DNA of 64,000 nucleotides from Candidatus Algichlamydia australiensis (GCA_033977065.1 JAXCHI010000004.1:256001-320000); one strand, 5' to 3'. Positions 10,917 to 20,487 are shown, counted from the stretch's first letter. Made by a program: numbers and translations. The notes: generated from the sequence alone by a model not told the origin.

Positions 10917-12176
10917 ATGAAAAACGTCTTAACCTTTCTTAGAGAGAGAGATTTTCTCGACCAGGTCACCCACGAAGAGATGGAAGAGGTGCTAAATAGC
11001 CCTCAAAAAATCTATCTTGGATTCGATATGACAGCTGACAGTCTCCACCTGGGAAACCTTGTGGGTTTAATCCTTCTGCGCTGGTTTCAAAAATTTGGGC
11101 ATACTCCTGTTGTTCTCTTGGGGGGAGCCACAACTAAGATTGGAGACCCTTCCGGAAAGAGCAAAGAGCGCCCGCTGCTCGATCCCGAAGAAGCAAAGAA
11201 AAATTTTAATAAGATCAAGGCACAAGTTGGTAGGTTTTTTGATGATAAAGGACCCAAACCCGTTATTCTCAATAATGATGACTGGTTAGCAGAGATTCCC
11301 ATCATCGACTTTATGCGCGATGTAGGCAAGCACTTTCGCATGGGGACAATGCTAAGCAAAGAGAGTGTGAAGTTGCGCGTCAATTCCGATGAAGGAATGA
11401 GCTTTACAGAGTTTTGCTACAGCTTATTACAGGGATACGATTTCTACTACCTTTCAAAAAATAAAGGAATCCTTTTTCAAGGAGGCGGATCAGATCAGTG
11501 GGGCAACATTACTGCTGGGATTGAGCTCACAAGGAAAAAATCTGGTATCTCGGTATTTGGGATTACCTTTCCTCTTTTAACTCGCAGTGATGGCAGAAAA
11601 TTTGGAAAGTCTGAATCAGGTGCCATTTGGCTCGATCAAGAGAAGACTTCACCTTTTGCTCTCTATCAATATCTCTATCAACTGGCTGATGCAGATGTAG
11701 GCAAAATGCTTCGCATGCTTACATTTCTTGATACAGAGAAAATTAGAGCCTATGAAAAGGCTCTAAAAGAGGGGAGTGCTCAGCCCAATGAGGGGCAGAA
11801 ACTTCTTGCTGAAGAGGTAACAAAATTTGTTCACGGAGATGTGGGACTAGAGGCTGCAAAACAGGGCACAAAAGGTGCCGCCTTTGGACAAAAAATTGAC
11901 GCAGAGTCGCTGCGTTCGGCGTTAGGAGCAATGCCAACTGTTTCGATGTCAAAAAGCGATGTTGTGGGAAAGCGTTTTACCGAACTTGTAGCATTTGTTA
12001 AGCTTGCTTCAAGTAAGGGCGAAGCGCACCGTTTGGTGAAAAATGGTGGGGCCTATCTCAATAATGAAAAAGTTTTAGACCCTGCAAAAATCATTGAACA
12101 TAGCGACCTTATCGAGGGGGAATTTCTGCTGCTTGGGAGTGGAAAGAAAAAAAAATCTGTCATTCAGATCGATTAA
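10917..12176 (+). CDS. tyrS: Tyrosine--tRNA ligase
   Basis: HLGN (HIGH-like), GGSDQWGNI, KFGKS motifs; C-terminal S4-like domain. Confidence 0.98.
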   Translation: MKNVLTFLRERDFLDQVTHEEMEEVLNSPQKIYLGFDMTADSLHLGNLVGLILLRWFQKFGHTPVVLLGGATTKIGDPSGKSKERPLLDPEEAKKNFNKIKAQVGRFFDDKGPKPVILNNDDWLAEIPIIDFMRDVGKHFRMGTMLSKESVKLRVNSDEGMSFTEFCYSLLQGYDFYYLSKNKGILFQGGGSDQWGNITAGIELTRKKSGISVFGITFPLLTRSDGRKFGKSESGAIWLDQEKTSPFALYQYLYQLADADVGKMLRMLTFLDTEKIRAYEKALKEGSAQPNEGQKLLAEEVTKFVHGDVGLEAAKQGTKGAAFGQKIDAESLRSALGAMPTVSMSKSDVVGKRFTELVAFVKLASSKGEAHRLVKNGGAYLNNEKVLDPAKIIEHSDLIEGEFLLLGSGKKKKSVIQID

Positions 12177-12243
12177 CCCTTGCCGAAAATAGGGATAAAA
12201 ATCCAAAATAAAATTTGATAGTTTATGTTTCGGAGAAGGTATT

Positions 12244-12582
12244 ATGGCGACAGTCACAAAAAAGAAACTCATACAGAAAATCGCGAATCGAAAGGGTATG
12301 CACCCAAATGAAGTTCGCGGTCTTTTGCAAGAGTTTCTAGATGCAATGACCGATTATTTGGCGGAAGGAGATCGACTCGAATTTCGTGATTTTGGGGTTT
12401 TTGAAATCGTAGAAAGAAAGCAAAAAATTGGGCGTAACCCCAAAAATCCAGGTGTAGCAATTGTAATTCCAACGCGCAAGGCGGTGAAATTTACTCCTGG
12501 GAAAAAGATGAAAGGGTTGATTGAAGAGGGCAAAAGCAGCTCTGCAAACTCCTCTTCTTCTATGCAAGGACAGTTTGCATAA
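12244..12582 (+). CDS. ihfA: HU/IHF family DNA-binding protein
   Basis: FRDFGVF, RKQKIGRNPK, VKFTPGK motifs. Confidence 0.9.
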   Translation: MATVTKKKLIQKIANRKGMHPNEVRGLLQEFLDAMTDYLAEGDRLEFRDFGVFEIVERKQKIGRNPKNPGVAIVIPTRKAVKFTPGKKMKGLIEEGKSSSANSSSSMQGQFA

Positions 12583-12646
12583 ATTGTTGCTGTGCAATGG
12601 CACAAAATGTGCTGTTGCACACTCTTTTCAAAGAGTGTTATATTGA

Positions 12647-13981
12647 TTGCTTATGGGTACATTGATTGCTAGCTCACTTATCGATCTTCTCGACCTTTCA
12701 GCAACAACTGATCCTTGGAAATTAGCACTTGATTTTCTGATTAAACAGCAAAAGATAGATCCATACAGAGTAGAGAGTTTGATTGCTCCATTGAAGGCAA
12801 GCACCCCTTCAAAAGAGGAGTTTTTAACAGCTGCTGCGTTTTTATCCTTAAACGAGACTCTTAAATATGAGCTAAAAGGAGATTTGATCGCGCTTTGTGA
12901 TGGAGTTGACCCTGCAATACGTGAATTGATTTTTACTCTGCTTGGACACTCATCGCATACCCCTTACAAAGTCTCTTCACCAAGTGACCTGCTCTATTTT
13001 GGACTTGCTGCACTCTTTCAAAATTCTACAGAAAAAAAGCGGACGTTTTTGCAGAAAGTTGGGGAGATAAACCAATTTCTTGATCGCAAGGGAAATCCGT
13101 TCTTTGGACTAATGAGTGATGAGAAGCACTTCTGTTTGGCTACTCTTTTAGCGATTTTTTTTCTTATATTTTCTTTAGCCAAAGAGTTTTCCAATAAGAA
13201 AGAGTTTGAGACCATCGCTAACCATCTATACCATAGGCTTGGCCTCCTTGAAGGCTATTTTTTAGATGCAATTCCCTCTCATCTGCTTCTGCTTTCTTTG
13301 CTACTTGAGAGATGTGAATCTGGAGAAAAAAGCAGTTATCCTATCCCTTTCGCACGCGGTTTCTCTCGAAATTTGGCACTTTGGCACGAGCAATTAAATA
13401 AGATTGATTTTACTTGCCAGTTTTCGGGTGTTGGCAGCTCTTTTGCTGCTGCTTCAAAAGGAAATGTTGAGATTGTGGCGATGGCTCCGCAAAAGTTGCC
13501 CCTTGGCGTAATGGAAAATTTTGGCCTCTTTCGCCTGCCTCCAAACGATGCGGGGGAATTTTCCGATCTCAAGTATGAAGAGGATTTTTTGGAAGGTTGG
13601 ATCAAGCTCTGCCAGTACGGAACAGATCATCCAGAACCAGGGAAAGACTGGATCTATACAGAGGTTAAAACAAAGCCTGACTATCTAACATTTACTTTTA
13701 CACCGCAAAAACCAGAAGTAGATTACTATATAGTGTTTTTTATAAAGGCAAAAGAGGCAAAGGTTGAAGGCCGTCCCAGTCTTAAGCCGAAGTGCCTTGA
13801 ACGTCTCCGGGGTGAAGTAGGTGAAATTTTCTTTAAAGATGCAGATGAGGTTCTCTCTCTGCGCACAAAAGAGCCTACAAAAATCGAGGTGATCCCTTTA
13901 GCAGGCGGCAACCATTTTTGGTCAGCCCACTTTCTCGTCGCCTTTCCGATAAATGAATCTCTTTCCATTGAAATTTCTTAA
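12647..13981 (+). CDS. Conserved chlamydial hypothetical protein
   Basis: 444-aa ORF between ihf and accA, the same position as a hypothetical gene in Chlamydia; C-terminal 'VIPLAGGNHFWSAHFLVAF'. Confidence 0.6.
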   Translation: MLMGTLIASSLIDLLDLSATTDPWKLALDFLIKQQKIDPYRVESLIAPLKASTPSKEEFLTAAAFLSLNETLKYELKGDLIALCDGVDPAIRELIFTLLGHSSHTPYKVSSPSDLLYFGLAALFQNSTEKKRTFLQKVGEINQFLDRKGNPFFGLMSDEKHFCLATLLAIFFLIFSLAKEFSNKKEFETIANHLYHRLGLLEGYFLDAIPSHLLLLSLLLERCESGEKSSYPIPFARGFSRNLALWHEQLNKIDFTCQFSGVGSSFAAASKGNVEIVAMAPQKLPLGVMENFGLFRLPPNDAGEFSDLKYEEDFLEGWIKLCQYGTDHPEPGKDWIYTEVKTKPDYLTFTFTPQKPEVDYYIVFFIKAKEAKVEGRPSLKPKCLERLRGEVGEIFFKDADEVLSLRTKEPTKIEVIPLAGGNHFWSAHFLVAFPINESLSIEIS

Positions 13982-14122
13982 AAATATATAAAATTTATTT
14001 TATTCAGCGATATGATATAATGTTCAAATCGCAGGTTGATATGTATTCGCTCTATGAAACATAATGAAGCGAAAGAACCTATCTCAATTGTGTATTAGAA
14101 TAGGTTCAAATATGTGGTGGTT

Positions 14123-15088
14123 ATGAAACGATTTCTTATATTTGGAACAGTCTGCTTATTTGCTGGAATTGGCGCGATGGGGTGGCTCAAGAAAAAAAAT
14201 GCCAAAGAGGCAGATAGTTCTGCCACAGTGCAAGTTTTAGAGGACTACGAACCTCTTTATGTCGAGACTAAGGAGCCAGTAGTTGCATCTACAAGAGTAG
14301 ATTTGACGCCCCAGAGTGATGATATAGAAAGCGTTGATCAAATTTATCGTCTCTTTACCGTAAGCTCTTCTCGATATCCTTTTGTCGAGACGATTACCTA
14401 CACGCCGCGTGTTGACTGGCTAAAAGGCCGCGCAGCTTGGATTAGTGATTACGCTTCTTACTTCCACACTTCAAAACATTTTATTGCACGCTCACTCAAT
14501 GGAAAGCCCGATTACTACGCGCAAAAAGTAAAGAGTGGTGATCGTTTTAATGTTTTCAAACCAGACTGTGAATTAACTTTTCATTTAGTTGTAGATCTTT
14601 CGCGCTGCAAGATGTGGTTTTATGCTGTCGACTTAGATGCAAACAAGCGCTACTTGATGAAGACCTATGTAGTCGGTGTGGGCAGTCTTGAGCCAACATC
14701 TCCGTCAGGAACTCTTACGCCAACAGGAAAATATCTATTGGGAGACAAAATTTCTGTTCACAAACCTGGAACGATGGGACTTTTTAAAGATGAAGAGTCT
14801 GAGTTGATTCAAGTTTTTGGAACGAGATGGATCCCATTTGGGGCAGAGATCGAAAACTGTTCTCATCCTTACAAGGGGTATGGGATTCATGGAACACCGT
14901 GGCTTTTAGATGAAAAGAGCGGTGAACTGATTGAAGATCGCACGATGGTAGGCAACTACAATGGTGATGGGTGTATTCATCTTCTCAAGGAAGATATTGA
15001 AGAGCTCTATGCGATTGTTGTAACTAAGCCAACTATTGTGGAAATTGTAAAAGATTATCGGGATGCAAATGTTCCCGGAGAGGATTAA
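14123..15088 (+). CDS. L,D-transpeptidase (YkuD-like) with N-terminal membrane anchor
   Basis: TPTGKY motif and GYGIHG...GCIHL catalytic His/Cys motif. Confidence 0.75.
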   Translation: MKRFLIFGTVCLFAGIGAMGWLKKKNAKEADSSATVQVLEDYEPLYVETKEPVVASTRVDLTPQSDDIESVDQIYRLFTVSSSRYPFVETITYTPRVDWLKGRAAWISDYASYFHTSKHFIARSLNGKPDYYAQKVKSGDRFNVFKPDCELTFHLVVDLSRCKMWFYAVDLDANKRYLMKTYVVGVGSLEPTSPSGTLTPTGKYLLGDKISVHKPGTMGLFKDEESELIQVFGTRWIPFGAEIENCSHPYKGYGIHGTPWLLDEKSGELIEDRTMVGNYNGDGCIHLLKEDIEELYAIVVTKPTIVEIVKDYRDANVPGED

Positions 15089-15091
15089 AAA

Positions 15092-16063
15092 ATGTTAACT
15101 CATGAGAAGCAGATCAAGGAGTGCGAAGAAGCACTTGAGCGATTAAGAGAGCAGAACAACGCCTCAGATGTCTGGACAGATGAGGAAATTGTGCGTCTAG
15201 AATCACGTCTTGAAAAGCTAAAGGCAAAAGTCTACTCACAACTCTCTCCTTGGGAACGCGTCACGATTTCTCGCCACCCGGAGCGCCCACAAGCTAAAGA
15301 TTATATTAGTCATATCGTAGAAGGTTTTGAAGAGCTTCATGGAGATCGCCTCTTTCGCGATGATCCCGCAATCGTCATGGGCATTGGGCGTATTGGTGGG
15401 GAAAAATTTATGGTAATTGGTCAGGAAAAGGGGAAAGATACTGAAAGTCGTCTTCATCGAAATTTTGGTATGCCGCACCCGGAAGGGTATCGGAAGGCGC
15501 TTCGCGCAATGCAGCTTGCTGAAAAATTTAACATTCCTGTTCTCTGTTTTATTGATACCCCAGGAGCTTATCCAGGTCTCGCTGCTGAAGAGCGCGGTCA
15601 GGGATGGGCAATTGCAAAAAATTTAATGGAGATGGCGCACCTAAAAACCCCTGTGATCGCTGTTCTCATAGGCGAGGGTTGCTCTGGTGGCGCACTTGGG
15701 ATTGGAATTGCGGATCGTGTTGCCATGTTAGAGCACGCTTACTATTCCGTAATTTCTCCCGAAGGATGTGCCTCAATCCTCTGGAAAGATAGCACAAAAC
15801 AGGCTCAAGCAGCAGAGTGTTTGAAGCTCACCTCTGATGATTTAGCAGAGTATAAAATTGTTGATCATATTATCGATGAGCCTCTTGGTGGTGCCCACTA
15901 TGACCCACAAGTTGTCTATAAGGCTGTAAAAGAGTATGTCACCCGTGAAAATGCAACCCTAAAACAACTTCCTCTTGAGACTCTTCTCAAGGAAAGGTAC
16001 AATAAGTTTCGTCAACTAGGTAAAACTGACCACGATGAAACTTCTTTTAAAGGCAGCTCTTAG
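15092..16063 (+). CDS. accA: Acetyl-CoA carboxylase carboxyltransferase alpha subunit
   Basis: RNFGMPHPEGYRKA, IDTPGAYPG, GEGCSGGALG, ISPEGCASILW. Confidence 0.98.
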   Translation: MLTHEKQIKECEEALERLREQNNASDVWTDEEIVRLESRLEKLKAKVYSQLSPWERVTISRHPERPQAKDYISHIVEGFEELHGDRLFRDDPAIVMGIGRIGGEKFMVIGQEKGKDTESRLHRNFGMPHPEGYRKALRAMQLAEKFNIPVLCFIDTPGAYPGLAAEERGQGWAIAKNLMEMAHLKTPVIAVLIGEGCSGGALGIGIADRVAMLEHAYYSVISPEGCASILWKDSTKQAQAAECLKLTSDDLAEYKIVDHIIDEPLGGAHYDPQVVYKAVKEYVTRENATLKQLPLETLLKERYNKFRQLGKTDHDETSFKGSS

Positions 16064-17954
16064 AACAAAACGCCATTTCGGAATTGTACTTCTTAACTTA
16101 GTTTTTTGCTTAGGGCTCCTCGTCGCCAGCCAGATGGAACTCTTCGGTTTTGGCCTCATTACACGCACAGATATCGATTTTTTTAAACTCTTTGGTGATG
16201 GAAACAAAGTAACCGAGCAGCAGATTGAAAAAAAGTGGCCTAAAATCGCTGAAGATGGCGTAATCACTCGAAGAAGGGCTTCTGCCTATCTACTCAAGCG
16301 CAAACAAGAGCGCAATCCTCTCACACAGATTATGATCAAAGCGCACAACTACTTCGAAAACTTTTCGCGCATCGAGTTACTAATTGGGCTTTTAGTGGGG
16401 ATTGCAATTTTCAAAGCGCTAATGCTTTTTTTCTCGCGCTACGTGTCGCAAGTACTCTCTATCCGCATATCGAAAGATTTGCGGCAGCAATATTTTGAAC
16501 ACATTCAAAAGTTGCCTTTAAGTTTTTATCAGAAATTTAATATCGGCGCTCTTTCTGCTCGCGTGGGAGGGGACGCCTCGCAAATCGCGCTCTCTCTTAA
16601 TTCAGCAATTACGAACTATTTTCAAACACCTTTTACCATCCTCTCTGCCCTCTCTGTCTGCCTCTACATCTCATGGCGCCTCTCGCTTGTTATTTTTATC
16701 GGCCTGCCACTGATCGTTCTTCCTGTTGTATTTGTTACGCGCAAAGTGAAGCAGATCACCCGTCGTTGGCAGAAGCACCAGGAGCGCTTCTCCTCTGTGC
16801 TCATCGACTTTCTCTCTGGAATCAAAACGGTAAAAATCTTTTCAATGGAAAAATTTTCCATGAAAAAATATGAAGAGCAGAACAATGAGATGGCGCGTTT
16901 AGAGACAAAGACGGCAAAGTATGATCTGCTCACGCGACCGATTCTCCATACCATTACCATGATCTGTTTAGGGGGGGTAATCTTCTACGGCCTCTATATT
17001 TTGAAGATGAATATCTCCGAGCTCCTTATCTACTGTGGCATGTTGCACCTCTTTTACGAACCGGTGAAAAAGTTTGCAGAGGAGAATACCAACATTCAAA
17101 AGGGAGTTGTCGCAGCAGAGCGTCTCTTTGAGGTCCTCAATATGAAGGTTACGACCTCCTCTGAAGAGCAGCAGAAAGAGGAGCTCACAGCTTTTAATGA
17201 AAAGTTGGAATTTGAAAACGTCTGGTTTCGTTATGACGATCGCTGGATTCTCAAGGACCTCTCCTTTACCATTCATAAAGGTGAAACAGTTGCCATTATT
17301 GGCGCAACGGGAGCGGGTAAGTCGACCATTGTTGAGCTTATCCCTCGCCTTCATGAGGTTCAAAAAGGGGAGATTCGCATTGATGGTAAACCTCTAAGTG
17401 CCTACTCTCAAAAATCCATTCGCAAACAGATCGCTTTTGTCTCACAAAAGCCTTTCCTCTTCTTTGATTCGATTAAGACAAACATTTCTTACGGCAAAAC
17501 TCTTCCGGAAGAAGAGGTGAGAGAAGCAGCAAAGAGAGCCTATGCAGATGAGTTTATTGAGAAGCTCCCGCAAGGTTATCTTACTCATCTGGCAGAAACA
17601 GGAAAAAATCTCTCTGGTGGCCAGCAGCAGCGCCTTGCTATTGCGCGCGCGCTTGCTAAAAAAGCGCCTATCCTCATTCTAGATGAGGCAACAAGCGCAC
17701 TAGACAGCCTCTCTGAGCAGCGCATCCAGCAAGCGATTGAAGATTTGCACGGAGAGCATACGCAAATCATCATCGCACACCGTCTCACAACGATCGAGCA
17801 TGCAGATCGTATTATTTTCTTAGAAGATGGGACAAAGATTGCGGAAGGAACAAAAGATGAGCTGCTCGCTTCTTGCACTCCCTTCCGTCTCATGTGGGAG
17901 ACACATTTTTTAAAGGAAACACTGAACAAGCCAGACTTTTCGAAAAAATTCTGA
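16035..17954 (+). CDS. msbA: Lipid A flippase-type ABC transporter (MsbA-like)
   Basis: TM domain plus NBD: GATGAGKS, LSGGQQQR, ILILDEATSALD; follows accA as in Chlamydia. Confidence 0.85.
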   Translation: MKLLLKAALRTKRHFGIVLLNLVFCLGLLVASQMELFGFGLITRTDIDFFKLFGDGNKVTEQQIEKKWPKIAEDGVITRRRASAYLLKRKQERNPLTQIMIKAHNYFENFSRIELLIGLLVGIAIFKALMLFFSRYVSQVLSIRISKDLRQQYFEHIQKLPLSFYQKFNIGALSARVGGDASQIALSLNSAITNYFQTPFTILSALSVCLYISWRLSLVIFIGLPLIVLPVVFVTRKVKQITRRWQKHQERFSSVLIDFLSGIKTVKIFSMEKFSMKKYEEQNNEMARLETKTAKYDLLTRPILHTITMICLGGVIFYGLYILKMNISELLIYCGMLHLFYEPVKKFAEENTNIQKGVVAAERLFEVLNMKVTTSSEEQQKEELTAFNEKLEFENVWFRYDDRWILKDLSFTIHKGETVAIIGATGAGKSTIVELIPRLHEVQKGEIRIDGKPLSAYSQKSIRKQIAFVSQKPFLFFDSIKTNISYGKTLPEEEVREAAKRAYADEFIEKLPQGYLTHLAETGKNLSGGQQQRLAIARALAKKAPILILDEATSALDSLSEQRIQQAIEDLHGEHTQIIIAHRLTTIEHADRIIFLEDGTKIAEGTKDELLASCTPFRLMWETHFLKETLNKPDFSKKF

Positions 17955-18076
17955 AAATTGGCCCAAATCGGTTTTTCGAACTCGAAAACTCTTATGGAGT
18001 TACCTCTGTTCTCCAAAACCAATTTTGTCTCAATTTTTAAAATATTTTTGAAAAGAGCACTTGTTCAGTGTTTCCT
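17914..18076. repeat. 163-bp imperfect palindrome (element P4) overlapping the msbA 3' end
   Basis: 17-bp perfect terminal IR AGGAAACACTGAACAAG / CTTGTTCAGTGTTTCCT; arms pair imperfectly; apex AACTC-TTATG-GAGTT. Confidence 0.88.
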
Positions 18077-18098
18077 AAAAGAGTCTGTAAAGCAAACT

Positions 18099-18803
18099 TT
18101 AGAGCATTCCCAATTCGCCAAAGCTTTTTTTAAGTTCCTCATTCCCTGGTTTATCAAATGCACCGCTCTTATTGAGCCACTGCACGTAGTTAGCAGGCAC
18201 GCTCTTCAGCGGTTTGCCCGCATGCTTGCCAAATGGCATCACGCGCACCTTTGGCGGTTTTTGTGCGAGTAGGTGCATGACCATTTCAATAGAGAGGTCG
18301 TCAATCATCTGCATAAAAACTTTATGCAGAATGATCACATCATCTAAAGCCCGGTGGGCATTATTTTCTTCAAAGCCAAAAACTGCGCGCAAATGCTGCA
18401 AGGTGTGACGTGGCAAGTCAGGACGATAGCGGCGCGCCCATTTGAGTGAATCGATGTAGCGCCACTTTGGAATCTCTACTCCATGCCTTGCAAATTCATT
18501 TTCCATTAGCGGCTTATCAAAAGAGTCATTATTATGCGCAATCAGCACCATATCCTCGCCGCAAAATTCGACAAAATCCTCTGCTACTTGAGCAAAGAGC
18601 GGAGCGTCAGCGACCATCTCGTCTGTAATATTTGTAATCGCAGTCGATTCGGGGGGAATCGGCATCTGTGGATTGACAAACGAGACGAATGTACGATTCT
18701 CAACAGGATCATATGCTGCAATCTCTACAATGCGGTCACGATCAGTGCGTATGCCAGTTGTTTCTGTGTCGTAAAAAATAGGTCGCAATTTTTTTTTATT
18801 CAT
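18099..18803 (-). CDS. dnaQ: DEDDh 3'-5' exonuclease (DnaQ-like) with C-terminal MPFGKH domain
   Basis: YDTETTG, AHNNDSFD, HRALDD motifs; C-terminal MPFGKHAG. Confidence 0.85.
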   Translation of the reverse strand: MNKKKLRPIFYDTETTGIRTDRDRIVEIAAYDPVENRTFVSFVNPQMPIPPESTAITNITDEMVADAPLFAQVAEDFVEFCGEDMVLIAHNNDSFDKPLMENEFARHGVEIPKWRYIDSLKWARRYRPDLPRHTLQHLRAVFGFEENNAHRALDDVIILHKVFMQMIDDLSIEMVMHLLAQKPPKVRVMPFGKHAGKPLKSVPANYVQWLNKSGAFDKPGNEELKKSFGELGML

Positions 18804-18842
18804 GTCAAACTGGTCTCATAAAACTTTACTTGAGGGGTTTTT

Positions 18843-19373
18843 ATGAAGAGAATACTACCGCTTATTTTATCATTTGGAGTGCTCTTTGGCACCCCGCAAG
18901 TCTTCTTCTCTCCACAAGACAATTTAGCAGATCGTCTGATTGAACTCATCCAAAAAGAGGAAAAATCGATCCGCATTGCGATCTACTTTATCACCAACCG
19001 CCAAATTGCCAAAGAGCTCATCGAAGCAAAAAAACGTGGTGTGCACGTAGAGATGATTTGTGATCCCGGAACTTATAAAGAGAAATCGGCTGCGCAGTAT
19101 CTTAAAGAAAATGGTGTTCTTGTCTCTCTCTTTGATCCCGAGAAGGGAGCCAAGTACAAAAAAGGCAAGCCAATTATGCACAATAAATTTGCCATTTTTG
19201 AGCGCAATAGCGATCAAAAACCGCTCCTCTGGACAGGATCTTTTAACTTTACCTATGCAGCCACTAATAAAAATAAAGAGAATGCGCTCGTCATTGATGA
19301 TCTCGATACCATTCACTTTTTTGAAAAAGAATTTGACGAGATTAAAACAAAATATACTGCTGCGCCAAAATAA
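18843..19373 (+). CDS. Secreted phospholipase D/Nuc-like protein with a single HKD-type motif
   Basis: Signal peptide; MHNKFAIFE...WTGSFNFT...N-x-EN motif. Confidence 0.85.
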   Translation: MKRILPLILSFGVLFGTPQVFFSPQDNLADRLIELIQKEEKSIRIAIYFITNRQIAKELIEAKKRGVHVEMICDPGTYKEKSAAQYLKENGVLVSLFDPEKGAKYKKGKPIMHNKFAIFERNSDQKPLLWTGSFNFTYAATNKNKENALVIDDLDTIHFFEKEFDEIKTKYTAAPK

Positions 19374-19394
19374 CTTAAGTAGTAGAATGAGGGC

Positions 19395-19556
19395 ATGAAG
19401 CGCTTTGTAACAATATTACTTTTGGCTTTTGCAGGTTGTGCTCAGATCCAACCTGAAGATACAGAGCTTCGCACAGTGCCAGTGACAAACAATCCCCACA
19501 TCGTGCCACAAGGATCACCTTTTCCAGGTGCTCCTATGCCAAACCGCCCTATCTAA
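19395..19556 (+). CDS. Small proline-rich lipoprotein (53 aa), not in the ORF track
   Basis: GAGG RBS; MKRFVTILLLAFAG-C lipobox, then AQIQPEDTELRTVPVTNNPHIVPQGSPFPGAPMPNRPI. Confidence 0.7.
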   Translation: MKRFVTILLLAFAGCAQIQPEDTELRTVPVTNNPHIVPQGSPFPGAPMPNRPI

Positions 19557-19632
19557 TAGCAATTTTATTAACTCAATCCTCCAATCTAGAGAGGATCCTT
19601 TTAGTGAGATAGTGCCCTGGAATAGAAAATTT

Positions 19633-19977
19633 TTATGCTTGCGCCCTTCGTGTGATTTCAGTATTTTGCTCAACAGATAAAAATTTTCCGTTTTTTATGA
19701 TTGGCTGAATGGACTCATGTTCGTATTCATTTTTTTCAACCCACAGATCATATGTCTGTTGTAAATTGAGCCAAAGCTGTGGAGTTGTATCAAATGCTTC
19801 CGATAGGGCAAGTGCTACTGCGGGTGTTATACTTGCTCTTCCGGATCTAATCTTAAATAGTGTGTTCCGTGCAATAAGGAGTCTGTCAGCAAGCTTTTGC
19901 AGATTTAAATCAAGGGGCTTAATGTAAAGTTCATCAAGAATTTTACCTGGATGGTTTGGTTTTCTTTTACGACTCAT
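19633..19977 (-). CDS. higA: HigA family antitoxin
   Basis: HPGKIL HTH and 'ALALSEAFDTTPQLWLNLQ' motif. Confidence 0.92.
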   Translation of the reverse strand: MSRKRKPNHPGKILDELYIKPLDLNLQKLADRLLIARNTLFKIRSGRASITPAVALALSEAFDTTPQLWLNLQQTYDLWVEKNEYEHESIQPIIKNGKFLSVEQNTEITRRAQA

Positions 19978-19990
19978 AATTAAACCTTTC

Positions 19991-20272
19991 CTAATGATAA
20001 TCAATTAAATTTACATCGTGTGCATCGCCTTTTTCAAAGCGAAATATGATCGTCCAGTTTCCATTCACATGTACTGAATAGAAACCCTTTAAATCTCCTC
20101 TTAAGGGATGGAAATTAGAGCCAGGAAAGTTCATGTCTTTTGCGTTTCGTGCCCCATCGAGTAAGTCTAGAATGAGACCAACCCTCTCTGCGTGAGCCAC
20201 CTGAATGCCTGCCTTATTTCCAGACTCAAAAAACCTCTTCAGTCCTTTGTGTTTGAACTTTTTTATTGCCAC
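19991..20272 (-). CDS. higB: HigB (RelE/ParE-fold) toxin
   Basis: IKKFKHKGLK...HPLRGD...SVHVNGNWTIIFRF...DYH; toxin-first order. Confidence 0.93.
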   Translation of the reverse strand: MAIKKFKHKGLKRFFESGNKAGIQVAHAERVGLILDLLDGARNAKDMNFPGSNFHPLRGDLKGFYSVHVNGNWTIIFRFEKGDAHDVNLIDYH

Positions 20273-20288
20273 ACGTTTTCTTTACTGT

Positions 20289-20318
20289 ATTGTAACCCTT
20301 TTGATTACATATTGTCAA
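20289..20318 (-). promoter_or_regulatory. higBA promoter with overlapping palindromic operator
   Basis: TTGACA-18 bp-TACAAT on the minus strand; TGTAA-N9-TTACA palindrome at 20291-20309. Confidence 0.7.
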
Positions 20319-20487
20319 GGGTCAATTCTAAAACTACCACAAAGTGTTTATTGTAAGCAGATTGATACGTGGTATTTGTACCTGCTTTCACCCGGCTTCG
20401 AGTATAAGTAGGTACAAGTTTTAAAGAAAGTGTTTTCTGTTGCCTTGATTTTTAATTCTATTCCGTCCATAGTGTTCATAGGGTCCT

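Noticed and set aside
12589..12630. Hairpin GTGCAATGGCACA-AAA-TGTGCTGTTGCAC after ihf
   Set aside because: Most simply a weak terminator or attenuator; no evidence for an ncRNA.
17958..18272. 104-aa plus-strand ORF
   Set aside because: Built from palindrome P4 plus the antisense strand of dnaQ; TTG start and no RBS.
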